From NCBI GenBank assembly GCA_964016885.1, contig OZ024740.1, positions 353,772,001 to 353,836,000 of the forward strand: a DNA stretch of 64,000 nucleotides, in the 5' to 3' direction. Shown here piece after piece: positions 1-14,203 of the stretch. Source of the stretch: Eledone cirrhosa (taxonomy: Eukaryota). How positions within the stretch are numbered: position 1 is the first letter of the stretch; each line of letters starts with the position of its first letter. Made by a program: the position numbers and the translations under genes. Under the pieces are notes generated by a model. It did no database searches, had not been told where the DNA came from, and saw only the letters and a list, made by a program, of their open reading frames with translations.

Positions 1-200
1 TCCCAATCAGCATAATCAACCACACAAAAAAACAATTAAACAAGGCTATAAGATTAAAAGACACCTATGTAGAAATAATATATAAATAAACGACAGCTAT
101 CTATTCGCGATCAACAGCCATAGAATATTTACCCAGCATTTCTAATAGCACGTGGAAATCGATTAAATATATCGTCAACCATACACAATTAGGTATAAAA
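1..200 (-). mobile_element. Partial copy of the hammerhead-bearing pLTR-like repeat at 42720-43315
   Basis: Reverse complement closely matches 43085-43280 (e.g. AATCGATTTCCACGTGCTATT, GTTGATCGCGAATAGAT). Confidence 0.8.
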
Positions 201-240
201 TATATAATGTCGTTTGCTTTGTTATTTTTGTTTTCCTTTT

Positions 241-395
<155 letters not shown>

Positions 396-744
396 CATCG
401 TCGTTGTTGTTTACACAAGTATCATATGATGAAAGAAGACCGCTCCACTTTATGAAAATACAGATAAATATCTTATATTTACGTCGGAGAAACTTGTCAA
501 CACATGTTACTTAATGTTTTAGATGAACACGAACGGGAAATATGTATTTCCTTTATTTGTATTCCTGTATTTTATATTACGTGCTTCTATTTCAATTTTT
601 GTGATCTTGTTATTGTCTTCTATGTATCTACTTACGTTTGCAATTGTTTCGCATTTATATTTTCTCATAAGTCTCTTTCATAGTGTTCGTGTATGCGGAA
701 TATTGTATTACTGTACAATAAAACAGTAACATTACAATTTAATG

Positions 745-2660
745 CCATCTTCCAGTGTTCTACTATTTCTAGCAAGTCGTGTGACTCCGTCGAGACTGTC
801 AGGCTGACTAGTGTTTGTATTAGTAATATCAACAAGTGGAAACGAACTTGTTTGATTGGATATCTTGAAAATTTCCGTATAACTCAAGACAGAAGCTGCT
901 ATGACCAGAGACTATCTCTCTCATATGTAACAAAGCTTGCAGTGCTGATTTAGCATCAATGATCTATTATTTTTATTGTAACATTTTATTGTCGCTAGCA
1001 CGGCATCAGAGTACGCATTTTGATTCCACATTTGCAACATTTTACTTCACCTACAATGCTAATATTCTAACAGTATGCGAGCGTAAGGTATGACTGCTTC
1101 AACATTCTATTTTCTCCCTCAAGAAATATACTGCATTTTTTCGTAATCAAAAGAAAATGTTTTTGTGATGATTGCAGTTAAAAGAAAAAGTCACGATGTA
1201 TTAACTTTCAAAAGATTAAAAACCACTAGAATTTAGATTGCTCATTTCTATAATTATTTAGATTGTAAGACATCAGTGAAATATTCGTGTTCATGAAAGT
1301 CAACGTTGTAGATTCTGTTACGCCCCAAGCTAAAACCATGGCAGGAATTCAACTATTATAAAATAAAGAATCACTTGTCAATTGTTAACAGTGCAGCATA
1401 TAAGGTTTTCCAGCAGGGAAAATGAATTATATGTAAATTATGTATTATTTTCAATAGATGCAAAGTAGTGTCAGCGACAAGAAACGAACCACTGACCTTT
1501 TATCTAATCTATGATTATATAAATACGAGAACCGGACATATGCTAACAATAGTTGGTTCAACAGAATCTAATAAAAAAAAATATGATGCATTAGATTTTA
1601 TTATCTTAGCTTTTGCTCTTAGGTCTAGGTGGTGTTAATGTCCGAATGAAAAAAAAAGCCATTAGGCAAGAAGCTCTTCTTTCTGCAAAAGTTTAACTAA
1701 CAAAATTAATTAATCAATTAACAAACATAATTATTTTGTAGTTATATAACATTTAAATTGCCAGAAAAATGTTAATGACGCGGTTAAAATACATATGGGA
1801 AACGTTTTCTTTCGATACTAAATTACCTTTTCACAAATTACGAGATAATTTAATATTTGTCACGGATTCAACGGTGCCAGTAGTAATTTCTGAACAGTTA
1901 GTATTCTATTCTGTGGTTGCAAACAGATGAAATTTAAAGATAACACTGTCTTGAACATATTTGAATAGTATGCCTCTTAATAATACCGAATAGTATGTCT
2001 CTTAATTGATTTAATCTATCAATAAACACTTTCAATGAGACTGACCTATCGACAATTAAGTTGACAAAGCCATTTATAAGGTCTAAATAAAATAATATTA
2101 ATTGGTGACATTATTTACATTATCGAAGTTAACTTTGCCTTTCATCCTTACGGGGTCGATAAAATAAAGTACCAGTAATACACTGGGTAATTGCTGGTCT
2201 TGTGCCAAAAGTAGAAACAATTATTTCCATTATCGAATGAATTTATCCCTGGTTTCCCTGACTCTGTAGATTGACGTTTACCCGCTTTATTTTGGCAATG
2301 AAGAATGCACAGTCTTTCTCTTTTTGGTGGCTAGAGTGAAGTGAACATGGTTAAAATGTTTGAAGACAGCCTCCGCCACGCATATTCAGTCTTTATAACC
2401 ATCCTCTATTTCTTGTATATTGTTTTCCAATGCATTTTGCTTTTCTATTGTCCCCAACGTAATACATTCATGAACAAGATCCAATCAGTATGAAAAAAGA
2501 GTTGCTTAATTTGTTATTACAGAAGTGTTTTTGTTTTAGTATTCAACCAGTGTTAAAATAATTGCTGCCATACCATCAATACCATATCCTTTATACATTT
2601 CATATATACGACATCAAGTTTACAATTGGGTGCCAGTTATGCATGTCACGTCTCACGCAA
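745..2660 (-). pseudogene. Degraded EVE: mononegavirus-like L polymerase, RdRp core (motifs B-C) to conserved region IV
   Basis: Manual minus-strand translation gives, in L order: YYVGD..MRGGGCLQTF*..AKIKRVNVNLQSQGNQ (one frame), ETYYS..CSEITTGTVES, IPAM..FMNTNIS, AVIPYA, DGVTRLARNSRTL. Compare YVGDP, GGIEGxCQKLW, QGDNQ, ETIVS, CSNIAT, LPAxLGG..FVRNIGD, SDPYS and rhabdovirus DGLISLFQNSRTI. Interrupted by a SINE. Confidence 0.65.
2126..2224 (+). mobile_element. 5'-truncated tRNA-derived SINE with 17-bp TSD
   Basis: Core GCCTTTCATCCTTACGGGGTCGATAAAATAAAGTACCAG; TSD TTATTT(A/C)CATTATCGAA at 2111-2127 and 2221-2237. Confidence 0.9.
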
Positions 2661-3085
2661 GACACACATCATGACTATCGCTGAAAATAACAACAATATC
2701 AGCCAACTTTTATTTCTCGAGGAAGAATTCATTGATTTATGTGACGTCAACATCGTTTACAAAAACAAAAACAAAAAAATCTTGAATCCGGCAGCGATGA
2801 ATTAATACGGGTATTTTAAGATGGGGTTGATTTAATTTCATGGAACAACTACATTTTTATCGTCATATTTGACCCGCAGCAATTTTAGCTTGCTTGATAA
2901 AATCACTATCAAATTATAACAAGACGCAATATGGCAGTTATTAAATTTACGGAGTAGAGAAACTTTAACTTTCAAATTCATGCATGTTTCTGTTTTTGAA
3001 TATGCATATATGCATATATATAAACACACACACACACACACGAACACACACACACACACGAACACACACACGAACACACACACGA

Positions 3086-3154
<69 letters not shown>

Positions 3155-3259
3155 CATATATATTATACATGCATATATTTATATATATATAAATAAATTT
3201 ATATATATATATATATATAAATAAATTATACAATTATCAAAGTTGTGTTCAAATCATTT

Positions 3260-3311
3260 AATAGCTGACAATCGTTTCTTCCAAACTCTCGTTTGATATC
3301 ATCGGAGCATT
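3260..3311 (-). ncRNA. Type I hammerhead ribozyme variant (CCGAUGA core)
   Basis: Minus strand: aatgct CCGATGA tatcaaac-gaga-gtttggaa GAAA cgattg TC agctatt. Confidence 0.6.
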
Positions 3312-4145
3312 ATCAATGCTTGCACATATAATTAACCTCCTATTCAACTGAACAATAATATAGATACATATAAATTGATGTTGTGAGCAACAGTTTCGTA
3401 TTTACAGGGTGGAATGGATGTGACATATATTTTACGAGAATTGTACAATAATTGTACAAACATTTAAGTTCAAATTCAAATCAAAATTAAAATTAAAATC
3501 AAAAGCACAGAGTGGAATACATGCAACAGTTAAAACAAGGGAATAGTCTAAATATTAAAGAGGCATTGAGGAAGCAGTTTTGAGAAAGGAAGCGTGCGAT
3601 AACAAATCATATGCAGGTGTGTGGATAGTGCGACTGCGTAAGTCATATACATGAGAAGGAGACAAGCAAAGCTATTATGCATATATAGATGAATAAATAC
3701 TACAGTTGAAGCAAATATGTTAATGTATTAGAGTCTATGGTGGGTGTTGAATGTTGATGGTGTTCGAATTAATGTGTGTTGAGAAACATACAGTTTTTGC
3801 AGACTTTTCCATGACATATGTTGAATTAAAATTTAGTTGATGTTTATATTGAGTGTTTTAAGTTAGTTAGAGCAATGGATTGTAAATTAGTCTCAATGAA
3901 TTCATATTCATAGACTATATTTGATCAACCGTAAAATTTTCAATCGTTAATTTCCGGAAGTGAATAAGGGGAGCTCCCCTTATTTGAACATAAATGTTTG
4001 TACAATTATTGTACAATTCTCGTAAAATATATGTCACATCCATTCCACCCTGTAAATACGAAACTGTTGCTCACAACATCAATTTATATGTATCTATATT
4101 ATTTTTCAGTTGAATAGGGGGGTAATTATATGTGCAAACATTGAT

Positions 4146-4197
4146 AATGCTCCGATGAATCCAAACGAGAGTTTGGAAGAAACGATTGTCAGCTATT
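4146..4197 (+). ncRNA. Type I hammerhead ribozyme variant (CCGAUGA core)
   Basis: aatgct CCGATGA atccaaac-gaga-gtttggaa GAAA cgattg TC agctatt; stems I-III pair. Confidence 0.65.
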
Positions 4198-4366
4198 AAA
4201 TGATTTGACACAACTTTGATAATTATATAATTTATTTATTTAACTGCTCTGTAAAACAACTGATGTTCATACATTGAGCTATTTTTCTTACTGCTAATAA
4301 GGTAATTAAGAAATTACTGACCTTCCTGTTTATAGTTGTTTATACTATATACATAACTATAAATAG

Positions 4367-4520
<154 letters not shown>

Positions 4521-4856
4521 CATAAAGAAGCGATTTAGCATCGTGAGTTCACGTAATTCGTTACATCCACATTTACTGCCATATACGAGGAATAACTTGT
4601 TAAACTGGCGATAATGCTTGGTCATTTGCTATTTCTCCAATAAATGCTACAGAATACGAAATTAAACACGTGTTTCATGTACTTATCTATATCTTATGAT
4701 TGCATTTAAATCTGCGTGCGTGCAGATACTCATACATACACTTGTACGCCTACCCACCCAACAGGCCAGCCTTTGACACTGGTAGCTTTCGCGCGCGCTC
4801 TTTAACATAGACAACCCTTCATACGCTTTCTATATACATATATAACTCTGTGTGTT

Positions 4857-4929
<73 letters not shown>

Positions 4930-4951
4930 CCCGGGTCGTATCGGGAAAGCA

Positions 4952-5003
4952 GGTTTTCCTGATGATTTCCTTCGAATGAAACAGCTCTAGTCCTGTAGAA
5001 ACC
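4952..5003 (+). ncRNA. Type I hammerhead ribozyme
   Basis: ggttttc CTGATGA tttc-cttc-gaat GAAA cag-ctctagtc-ctg TA gaaacc. Confidence 0.8.
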
Positions 5004-5045
5004 ATTTCTATATTAAATAATTATTATATATATATATATACACGT

Positions 5046-5181
<136 letters not shown>

Positions 5182-5689
5182 TAATGAAGTAAGTGAAATG
5201 AGAAATGCTAGAATTGAAAATAAGATTTTGGATAATGGATCAGGTCATCAGAAACATAACTTCTACTCTATTCAAGCTGATATTAATTAGATGAATAATT
5301 GATTTATGTCAATCATAAACTATCCATCTTTTAACAATACCAATAAGCCATTAGTTATTGTAATAGCTTAATTTTTCATGTAAAAAAACTGACTTAACTC
5401 AGTATCTAAACACTAAACGGCAAATATGAAACCAATAGTCTGTAGTTTATTGGGTCTCATGACAAGAGCTGCCATGACACTAAGCTCTCAACCAACGATC
5501 AATTCACAGCACTATATATGAATAGGTATCGCAAGGTATATAATGTAAGAATTAGGAGCATTTTATAATCGACTAGAACTTTCTTTTCATTCGGTTCTAG
5601 GCCAATTTCTGTTGAGAATATAAATAGTAATGATTACGATATGCACAGGCGAATGGAAGTGGTATCGAGACTGGAGAGCGTAGGATCAG

Positions 5690-6472
5690 TCGGCTGGAAT
5701 TTGGTATTACTTAACTCCTAAGAAGATGATCTCTGACATACACTTGATAGGTTTGCTGCTGAGCGCAGCACGACAGGAATGAACATCAATACTGCGAAGA
5801 CAGAGACACTCGTCTTCTCAAGGAAGCATGCGCTATGCACTCTACATGTGTGTGGAGTTCCACTGAAACTGGTGGAGAAATTTAAGTATCATGGGCCATG
5901 TTCACGAGTGATGAAAGGCAGGAGGCTAAATTAAGTGAAGAATTGTAGGAGATGGTGCAGTAATGCGCCAGCTTCAGCATTCGGTCATCAGAAGAAGGGC
6001 GGCAGGTGTAAAAGCCAAAGTCGCTATCTTCAATTTGATATTCGTGCTAGCCCTTACTTATGGGTAATAACCGAAACAATACGATCGCGAATAGAAGCAG
6101 CCGAAATGGGGTTCCTCTGAAGAGTAACGTTACTCGATAGACTCGCTCCAGGTAGAGCTACTACTTGTCTGAATTGAGTGATCACAGCTTCGATTACGGA
6201 AATAGGGTTAGAATGTCTCAGGAAATAATCGCTGGACAGATTTTATGAGCAAAACCAACCGGAAGGAGACCCTGGGGTATACCTCGAGCAAGATGGTTGG
6301 ATAATATCTTTAAGCTCGGTTAGTCACGCTTGGGGATCCAGCCAGATCAATTGGAGACGGTTACTGTTGATAGGATCCGCAGAAAGGCATGCTTGAGGAC
6401 TCTGACCCAAGAAGAAGAAGAAGAAGAAGAAGAAGAAGAAGAAGAAGAAGAAGAAGAAGAAGAAGAAGAAGA
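5690..6472 (+). mobile_element. Degenerate RTE-like LINE 3' fragment ending in (GAA)n
   Basis: GMNINTAKTETLV, LKLVEKFKY, IEAAEMGFL, GRRPWG; (GAA)n at 6409-6472. Confidence 0.75.
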
Positions 6473-6574
6473 ATGAGGAGGAGTGTAGTTTTCCACTCCA
6501 GAATAGAGTTAGGTCTAGTTTACCTCATTGAGTGCTGCAGCAATATACCCAGTGGAACTGCTAGGTTTTTCAGC

Positions 6575-7800
6575 CAGAAGTGGCGTCACACAAGGCACTA
6601 TGTTGGGCTCTTCATTATTTATATCAAAGACAAGGGCGGTGGATTGCCAGAATCGTTAGAACGTTGGGTAAAATGCTTTGCACCATTTACTTATGGTCCA
6701 TGACATTCTGAATTCAAATCCTGCCGAGGTTATCTTTGCCTTTCATCCTTACGGGGTCAATAAAATAAAGTACCAGTAACGCACTGGAGTCGATTTAATC
6801 GACTTTTCTCCTCCCCCCCCCCAAAAAAAAATTGGTTGATCTTGTGCCTAAAATCAGAAACTATTATCTATATCAAAGACATTATTGCCGTCACTAAGCA
6901 CAGCAAAATAAGAATCTTCGCAGATGATTCGAAGTCCCAGAAGTTTATCAATCGGATCTGCTTGATGCTATTCAATGGGATATTAGAAAAATAATATGTT
7001 ACTAAAGGAGGATACATTCGAGTTAATATAATTTCGAAAAGAGGATGCACCGAAACTATCATAATATCATCCCTCATGTGAAACGCACGTGTCATCCAAC
7101 AACACCAGAGACCTTGGAGTAGTTGCTGACAACAACTTAAGCTTGAGTACCCACATAAACAACAAAGTTGTCATGGCCCGCAGAAAGTGTTCCTGGATTC
7201 TTAGAACTTTCCGGTCTAGAGATATCCACATCATAAGCCTTCTCTTCTCTACCTTTTCCAAGTCCCGCCATGAATATTTATGTCCAATGAGGTTTCCTCG
7301 CACGAAACAAAGTATTATAAAAATTGAAGCATTCCAGAGATCAATTACAAAACGTAAGACGGCCTGACAGACTTTGAAACTCTATTCCCTCCAACGCCGC
7401 CATGAGTGCTACATCATTTGTATGTTGGGGAAAATATTCCATCAACATTGCCCAAATGATGTTGGCAATAACTTTAAAATCCACCCAAGCCTTGATTTTC
7501 GTGATATTTACCCACTAAAAAAAATCCCCATTGCATCTCATAACAACATTACCATAAAACTATTTCACTTCAACTAATTCTGCTCTCTCTCTAATATTAT
7601 ATCTCTCTAATATTATATCAACATATATCAAGACAGAAAAAGAACCCAACGGAAAAAGATATTTGGTTACTGGAGTGGGAAAAACACGACTGACGTGTGA
7701 ATCATGATCTGAAAGACTTAGCTAGGTCCAGGCGGTATTATCAAATTAGACATAGCCTGGACCAATACTAGTCGAAAGCTATCAAAATCGTCAAAGTTAT
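6575..7800 (+). mobile_element. Degenerate CR1-like LINE 3' fragment, same family as 39566-41550
   Basis: IRIFADDSK, RDLGVV, WILRTFRSRD; 3' end GGACCAATACT..GAA..CTATCAAA shared with 41530-41560. Confidence 0.9.
6635..6867 (+). mobile_element. Full-length tRNA-derived SINE inserted in the CR1 RT region
   Basis: A/B-box-like head and conserved core; TSD TATATCAAAGACA at 6620-6632 and 6869-6881. Confidence 0.9.
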
Positions 7801-7806
7801 ATATTT

Positions 7807-7861
<55 letters not shown>

Positions 7862-7865
<4 letters not shown>

Positions 7866-8125
7866 AAAAAAGATGAAATCGAAAATGCAACTGGAGTCTT
7901 TTTTTTTTTAAATATATATATTTATTTGGTTCCTTTACCGGTTTCGCAGTTCTTTTACTTTTCAAAAGTAGAGTTGAGATGGAGGGTCTGTGGTTTTTCT
8001 CACATCTGATGTGAGAAAAAAGACTCCAGTTGCATTTTCGATTTCATCTTTTTTCCTTATACTTTCACTCGTGTAGGACACCTCGGTTATTTTTCATTTT
8101 GTAAAAAAACTCTCACTCTCTAATA
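7862..8125. mobile_element. Short fold-back pLTR-like element in (TA)n
   Basis: 7860-7900 is inverted relative to 8018-8060; minus strand has a hammerhead 3' half, GAAA ccgg TA. Confidence 0.5.
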
Positions 8126-8740
8126 TATATATATATATATATATATAAGGATAAAAATCCCATAAATCCTTGTGGAGGCAGTGGGCAAATCGCGCGCACT
8201 GTCACCAAACCGAATATTTACATGTCCCCACCCTGAGTAGGAAGGATTGATGCTAATTCTGTGAAATCTTGCATGCATTAATTTCAACTCTTCTTATCAA
8301 TAACTATTGTTTCCTACCAGGAACTACGTCGAAAAATAAACCACATTTTGTTATTCAATGGGAGTATCTTGATCAGCCTATGAATATTTCAGCCCCATTC
8401 CTACATACATACATACTCATACCCCTGACACTATTAACATCAGACATGCAGTCGTACAGAAGCGTCTAAAATGTGTTTTTGAACGTTTTCCTCTATCATG
8501 CCAACCAGCCCCAGCCTAGACTAGCAACTGGCTTACTTTCTCATGTTACAAATAAGAGAAACATAGCCTTAATCAAAACGTACTTTACACCAGCTGAAAT
8601 CTCGCTTTGCGATCATGGGTGACATTGATACCAACAAGACCGATAACGATAACAACGGAAACATGACTACCACATCTGTGTGCTATTCAAGATAGCGTAA
8701 ATACTGTTCTCGTTTTGTTTGGTCTTTGCAAACACACGCG

Positions 8741-8869
<129 letters not shown>

Positions 8870-9529
8870 ACACATATATATATATATATATATGCATATA
8901 TGTATGTCGCTCTTCAAGGCTATTGGTAACATGTAACTTAGTGCAACCTGTGCATGGTCAAGTCGTCGGCGACTAAACTGGCAACTCCACCAAGCTTGCT
9001 TAGAGAGGAGGGTAATTTTGGACACCCTGCGAGATGAAAAACAAAACCCGTTAAAGGATGGAGGAACTCAAGAGAGTCAACGGCCATCCAATAAAAAATA
9101 TATATATTTTCTTCTTTTGGCGGTGGGATTCAGTGGAGTGAGAGATATCTAGTCTTAATTAAGACATCTCTCTGGGAGAAGATCACTTTGATATAAAACC
9201 TGCGACTTCGTTTGCATTGAATAATGTAGACCACTTCTACTATTTGGGTAAATGCATTCGACGTTCAGAGAGTGGGATTGGCTCAGTGCTTCAAGCTTCA
9301 AGCCCGGTTTCGCTTGGTATGTGACATTTCGTGATGCTTGGCATTGCTGGCCGTAGACAAATTCCTAGCAGGACTAAAAAGCCACTTCCGTGTTGCACAT
9401 GCTTAAGTATCAAGCGGTAGCATTACTCGAAATCGAGTCGCAGCCATCATCTTTCGCTTAATTCCGAGTACATTTTTGACCGGCCACCTTCCTGGTGGCA
9501 AGGTTGTAAAAGAAAAGAAATTGTCATCC

Positions 9530-9710
9530 CTTGAATCGCAAGAATGTTTGCAAACTTTGAAGCTGCCAGCTATCACAGCCATTTGTAGTTTATGAATTAG
9601 GGAGCTGCGTTCTTTGTTCACAAGTCCAAGTTCAGTTGTACTTTGGTCCAAGTGGGCTGGTATATAACCTGTAGCTCCAATAATGATGGGTATGAAGGTG
9701 AAGGTGTATG
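9530..9710 (-). mobile_element. RLE-type LINE C-terminal fragment
   Basis: YTFTFIPIIIGATGYIP..LIHKLQMAVIAGSFKVCK. Confidence 0.7.
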
Positions 9711-12700
9711 TATGTATATACGATGGAAAATGTTCGTCAGTGATTTGGAAGTATCTTCGTCAGTGACATGTATGTTCTTCTGGTTTTATAATTTCACAAA
9801 GTTTTACCAATAGAGAGAGAGTCGGTTTCTAACATAGACACAAGACTCTCTCATTGGAATTTACACAACATCAACTAGGTAGATATGTCTGCATGTCTGC
9901 ATGCATGTGTAGATATGGATGTTATTGTATGTGTGGGTGTGTATGTTTTGAGTTGTATGTGTGCATGTGTATATGCTTTGTATCTGTACATGTGTATATG
10001 CAGTTATTAGATGCAAAATGTTTGGAATATTTTACATATTTTTACTGTTCCATTAATGGATTGTACTTGTAATTTCCTAACTAGTTGTGTTCTTTCTGTT
10101 CCTGTGAAACCTAGCTTCTCAATACTTGTATTGAGGCAGTTACTAACATACCCCAGTGCCCCAATAATCACAGGCATAAATCTGAAGGTGTAATCAGGGT
10201 GGAATATTTACAGATTTCTCATCATTTCTGCATAAATATTCTCTTTTTCGCTAATCTTTGATATTATATTGGCATCTGCTGGGCAGCTAATTTCTACTAC
10301 TGTGCATGCTCTCTTCTCCCTGTCCCATATCATTATATCTGGTCTGTTATGGCTGCATTTTATTCGGGTTTTTACTGGAACATTCCACCAGTACTCTTTC
10401 ATATTATGTATCTGGATGTCTTCCACATTTCTGTAGCTTTTAATGTGTTTATTATCGGGGCTATCTTTTCTACGGATTGCATTGTACAGTGTTTTGGCCA
10501 CTACATCATGCCTCATAGGTAGATAGTACCGCGATGACATATTTGGACAGCTGCTGATGACATGGGTGACATCTTCGATGCTAATTCTGCAGAGTCTGCA
10601 CTTGCTATCACATGTGGGTGTTTTGCCTGCCTCCCTATCTATTTTGTAAATCAGGTAATTCGTGTTAATTTCCTGTTCTTGAATTGCAAAAGCGTATCCT
10701 GTGGGAGCGAATATAGCGGTTGTTGGTCCAAGATAGACTACTTTCCTTATCTATATTACTCTCAGTCTGGAGCTTCCTGGCAGTATATCCATGCATGAAT
10801 TTTTGCTGATAATCATGCAATTCTTCATCCATGGATTCACTGCGATAGTGCTGAGCGGCTTCCCTGGGTCTAAGTTTTTGATTATCGCACAGGGAATATC
10901 TCTCGAGGAGTTCCTTCCCAACTCTCATGATCTTATCTGTTTCATGCAGATAGACTTGCTCGAGAAACGGGCTCCTACGTTTCGAGGTTCGTAGATGTTG
11001 TCGGAGGGATATGATGCGACATTCAAATGCTGTCTGGACTGATGTTAGGCCTCTGCCTCCCTGCTTACGTTTCAAGTAAAGGCGGTCTATGTCACTGTTG
11101 ATGTGAAAGTTTCCGGTGTTGTTTAGTATTTTTCGAGTTCTAACATCAACTGCTCGGATTTCGTCTATCGTCCAATTGAGTATTCCAAGCGTTGTTGTTA
11201 GGACAGGCACAGCAAACACATTGTGAGCCACTGTTTTGTTTTGAGCAGAGAGTTCCGATGACCATATCTTTCTTAATCGGGTATAATATTCCATGATTAT
11301 GCGTTCCTTATTACAGATACCATTATAGGATATGTTCTCATCTATCCTCAAGTATCTGTAGCAGTCCTCAACAGATATCGGTGAAACAGTTAGGCCATTG
11401 ATGACAATATTGTTACATTGGGTTGTTGTTTTTCCCCGCTTTAGAGTCATATATGAGCATTTATCTTGGCCAAACTCCATTCCTATTTCTTTTTAGAACG
11501 TTGTAACCAGGTCAAGATTTTTCTTCATCCCATCCCTGTTCTTGGCATAGAGTTTCAGATCATCCACAAAGAAATTATGGGTTAGGTTCGTATTTCTGTC
11601 CCCCCGTGAGCCAATGATGTATCCTTCACATTTCTTGAGCAGAAAGGACAAGGGGTTTAATGACAGGATGAATAATATCACAGAGAGACTGTCTCCCTGA
11701 AATATACCCCTGCGATATTTTATTTTATCAGTGAAAATAGAGTCCTCCTTCTCTGTCTTTAACTTTAGGATAGTAGCCCAAGAAGAAGACAGCTTCTCTA
11801 TGGCTCTGACAATAATGTCTGGGACTTTAGTAAGTTGGAGGGCCTCTATCATCCAAGAGTGGGGAACAGAATCAAAAGCTTTCCTGTAGTCCAGCCAGAC
11901 TGTAGCCATATTCCTCCTAAGTTGTCGCACTTCCGACATCGCAGTTATGTTGATTAGGAGTTGTTCAGCACACCCCCAAACCCCTTTCTTTCCAGCTGCT
12001 TGTTCATCTGTGATGATGTTATTATTTTCACAGTGATCTTGGAGGAATAGGTTCAGGCAGGCTGTATACATCTTATACATCAGGTTCTGGCATGCAATGG
12101 GTCGGTAGTTTTTTGCCAACTGGGTGTCTTTGTTCTTGGGGACCAGTAATGTTTGTGCTAATGTCAACCATTCTGGTATAAGTGTATCTCCCTTAAGAAC
12201 TTGTTGGTAGAGGTCAGTAAGGTACCTCCGATAGAATATCAGTATTTTGTACCAGTAGCCGGACAATCATGTCTCTTCTTGGTGTTTTCTTATCTTGGAG
12301 CTTTCCTATCACAGTCTCAAGGGTACCCTCACTTATTTCGTATGTTTTTGTCGTAGTGTAGGAGCAATATTTCTTTCGGATTTCTGTCAGCCAAACTGCA
12401 TCTTGGTTGAAATTCTTCTTTTCACCCCATATTTTACTCCAAAAGGAATCTATGTCTTTGTCGGATGGGGCCTTAGTGACACTTATTATTTTGCCCTTCA
12501 TATCTCTATAGACTGATATTTGGTTTCGTCTGAATCTTTTATTAAGCACTTTTCTTTCATCTACCTTCTTCAGGTATCGGCATTTTTCGCTAACAGCTCT
12601 CAATTCTTGTTTGAGGGTGATCAGCTTATATTGAAGAATTCTGGTTCTACTGTTACCAAACATCATCTCCATTTTATTTTTCACTCTTTGTTGGTGAGGC

Positions 12701-12792
12701 GTGAGGTTTTTTTGTGTTCGTTTGCATGTAAGGAGCATTGTCACATATCCTATGGCTTTTCGTAGGTCAGCAATCTTTTTTTCTATTTTAAT

Positions 12793-13209
12793 TATATACC
12801 AGCAGAATGGCCCGGCGTTGCTCGGGATTTGCTCTAGGGTTCTTATATATTTGATATATATTTATCCTTATCGAGCCTCGTGAAATAAATACGTTTGGCC
12901 CGGCGTTGCTCGGAATTTGCTCTAGGGTTCTTATATATTTGATATATATTTATCCTTCTCGACCCTCGTGAAGTAAATACGTTTGTTTATATTTTGTTAT
13001 TGTGTATGCAAACATATCTGTGAACGAATATATAAATAACAGTACAGAGAAGTACGGAATACCTCGGCGTCGGGTTGGTGTCTACATTTTGTGCTTATAA
13101 AAAAAATTCGTTGTACATTACCAGGGGTTTTTTCCGTTCGAAGAAAATCAATACTTTATCGCTAAATAAATACTTTTGTTTATATGTGTATGCAAAAATA
13201 TCTGAACAC

Positions 13210-13276
<67 letters not shown>

Positions 13277-13569
13277 GAGGTTATATTTAATTTGTTGTGA
13301 TACAACAAGCAAAATATTTTTATAACTGATATAAAGCACTCAACAAATTACTGGAGTAAATATACAATACAATATATTAACAAATGGAAACTATATTTAT
13401 AAAACCAGAATGGTTGCATTTTTTCAGGGTATGTCAATATTTATTTATAAAACTAACCTATATTATATTTTATCTGATGAAAGCGCACCATAGTTTGCCT
13501 TGGTGGCCCTTGAAATATGTATAATGAAATAAATATGGTTTTATAAATATAGTTTCCATTTGTTAATAT

Positions 13570-13625
<56 letters not shown>

Positions 13626-14203
13626 TAACAGATTAAAGTTTAAGCAAAGAATCGCTGCTTTCACCCTTAACGGGATCTTCTGAAACTAAAATAATAAATC
13701 TGTAAACGCAGAAGTAAATATTTCGAAAAACGTTATACTATATATATAACACTATATATATATAGACACACATATATTTATTGTGAAGTGAATATTATCT
13801 TCAATCTCAAATGACATAGATGAAAATTATAATAACATAATGTGATATAGTAATGCGATAATATACAACTTAACGTGATATAGTAATGCGATAATATATA
13901 ACTTAACCAACAGAAATGTGGATATAAGTTGTAACGATACACACACACACACCGCGTCATAATAACGTAATGCAGACAGCCAGGCATACAAACAGATATT
14001 ATAAAGGTGCAACGTTATATCTATGTATCTATCTAAAAAGAGAAAGACTAAGAATTATAGAGAGAGATCGCTAAATCGCCTAATGCATTGAAAATTTGAA
14101 ATTCTTTTTGCTCAAAACACTCACGGGTCCATAAGTATAACATATGTAAAGTTTGGGTCGTTCTCGAGTTTTAGTGATTGGACAGACAGACAGACAGACA
14201 ATA
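12793..14203 (+). mobile_element. Helitron/Lep1-like non-autonomous element inserted in the R4 LINE
   Basis: 5' ACCAGCAGAATGGCCCGGCGTTGCTCGGG (duplicated at ~88-bp period) and a 3' (GACA)n tract, typical of Lep1/HINE-like elements; LINE sequence resumes on both sides. Confidence 0.55.
13466..13531 (+). ncRNA. Type I hammerhead ribozyme
   Basis: tattttat CTGATGA aagcgcacca..tggtggccctt GAAA tatgta TA atgaaata. Confidence 0.8.

Larger units (their letters stand above)
3218..4350. mobile_element. Penelope-type inverted pLTR structure (~260-bp inverted repeats)
   Basis: 3218-3475 is the reverse complement of 3982-4240; each arm carries a hammerhead motif; flanked by (TA)n. Confidence 0.75.
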
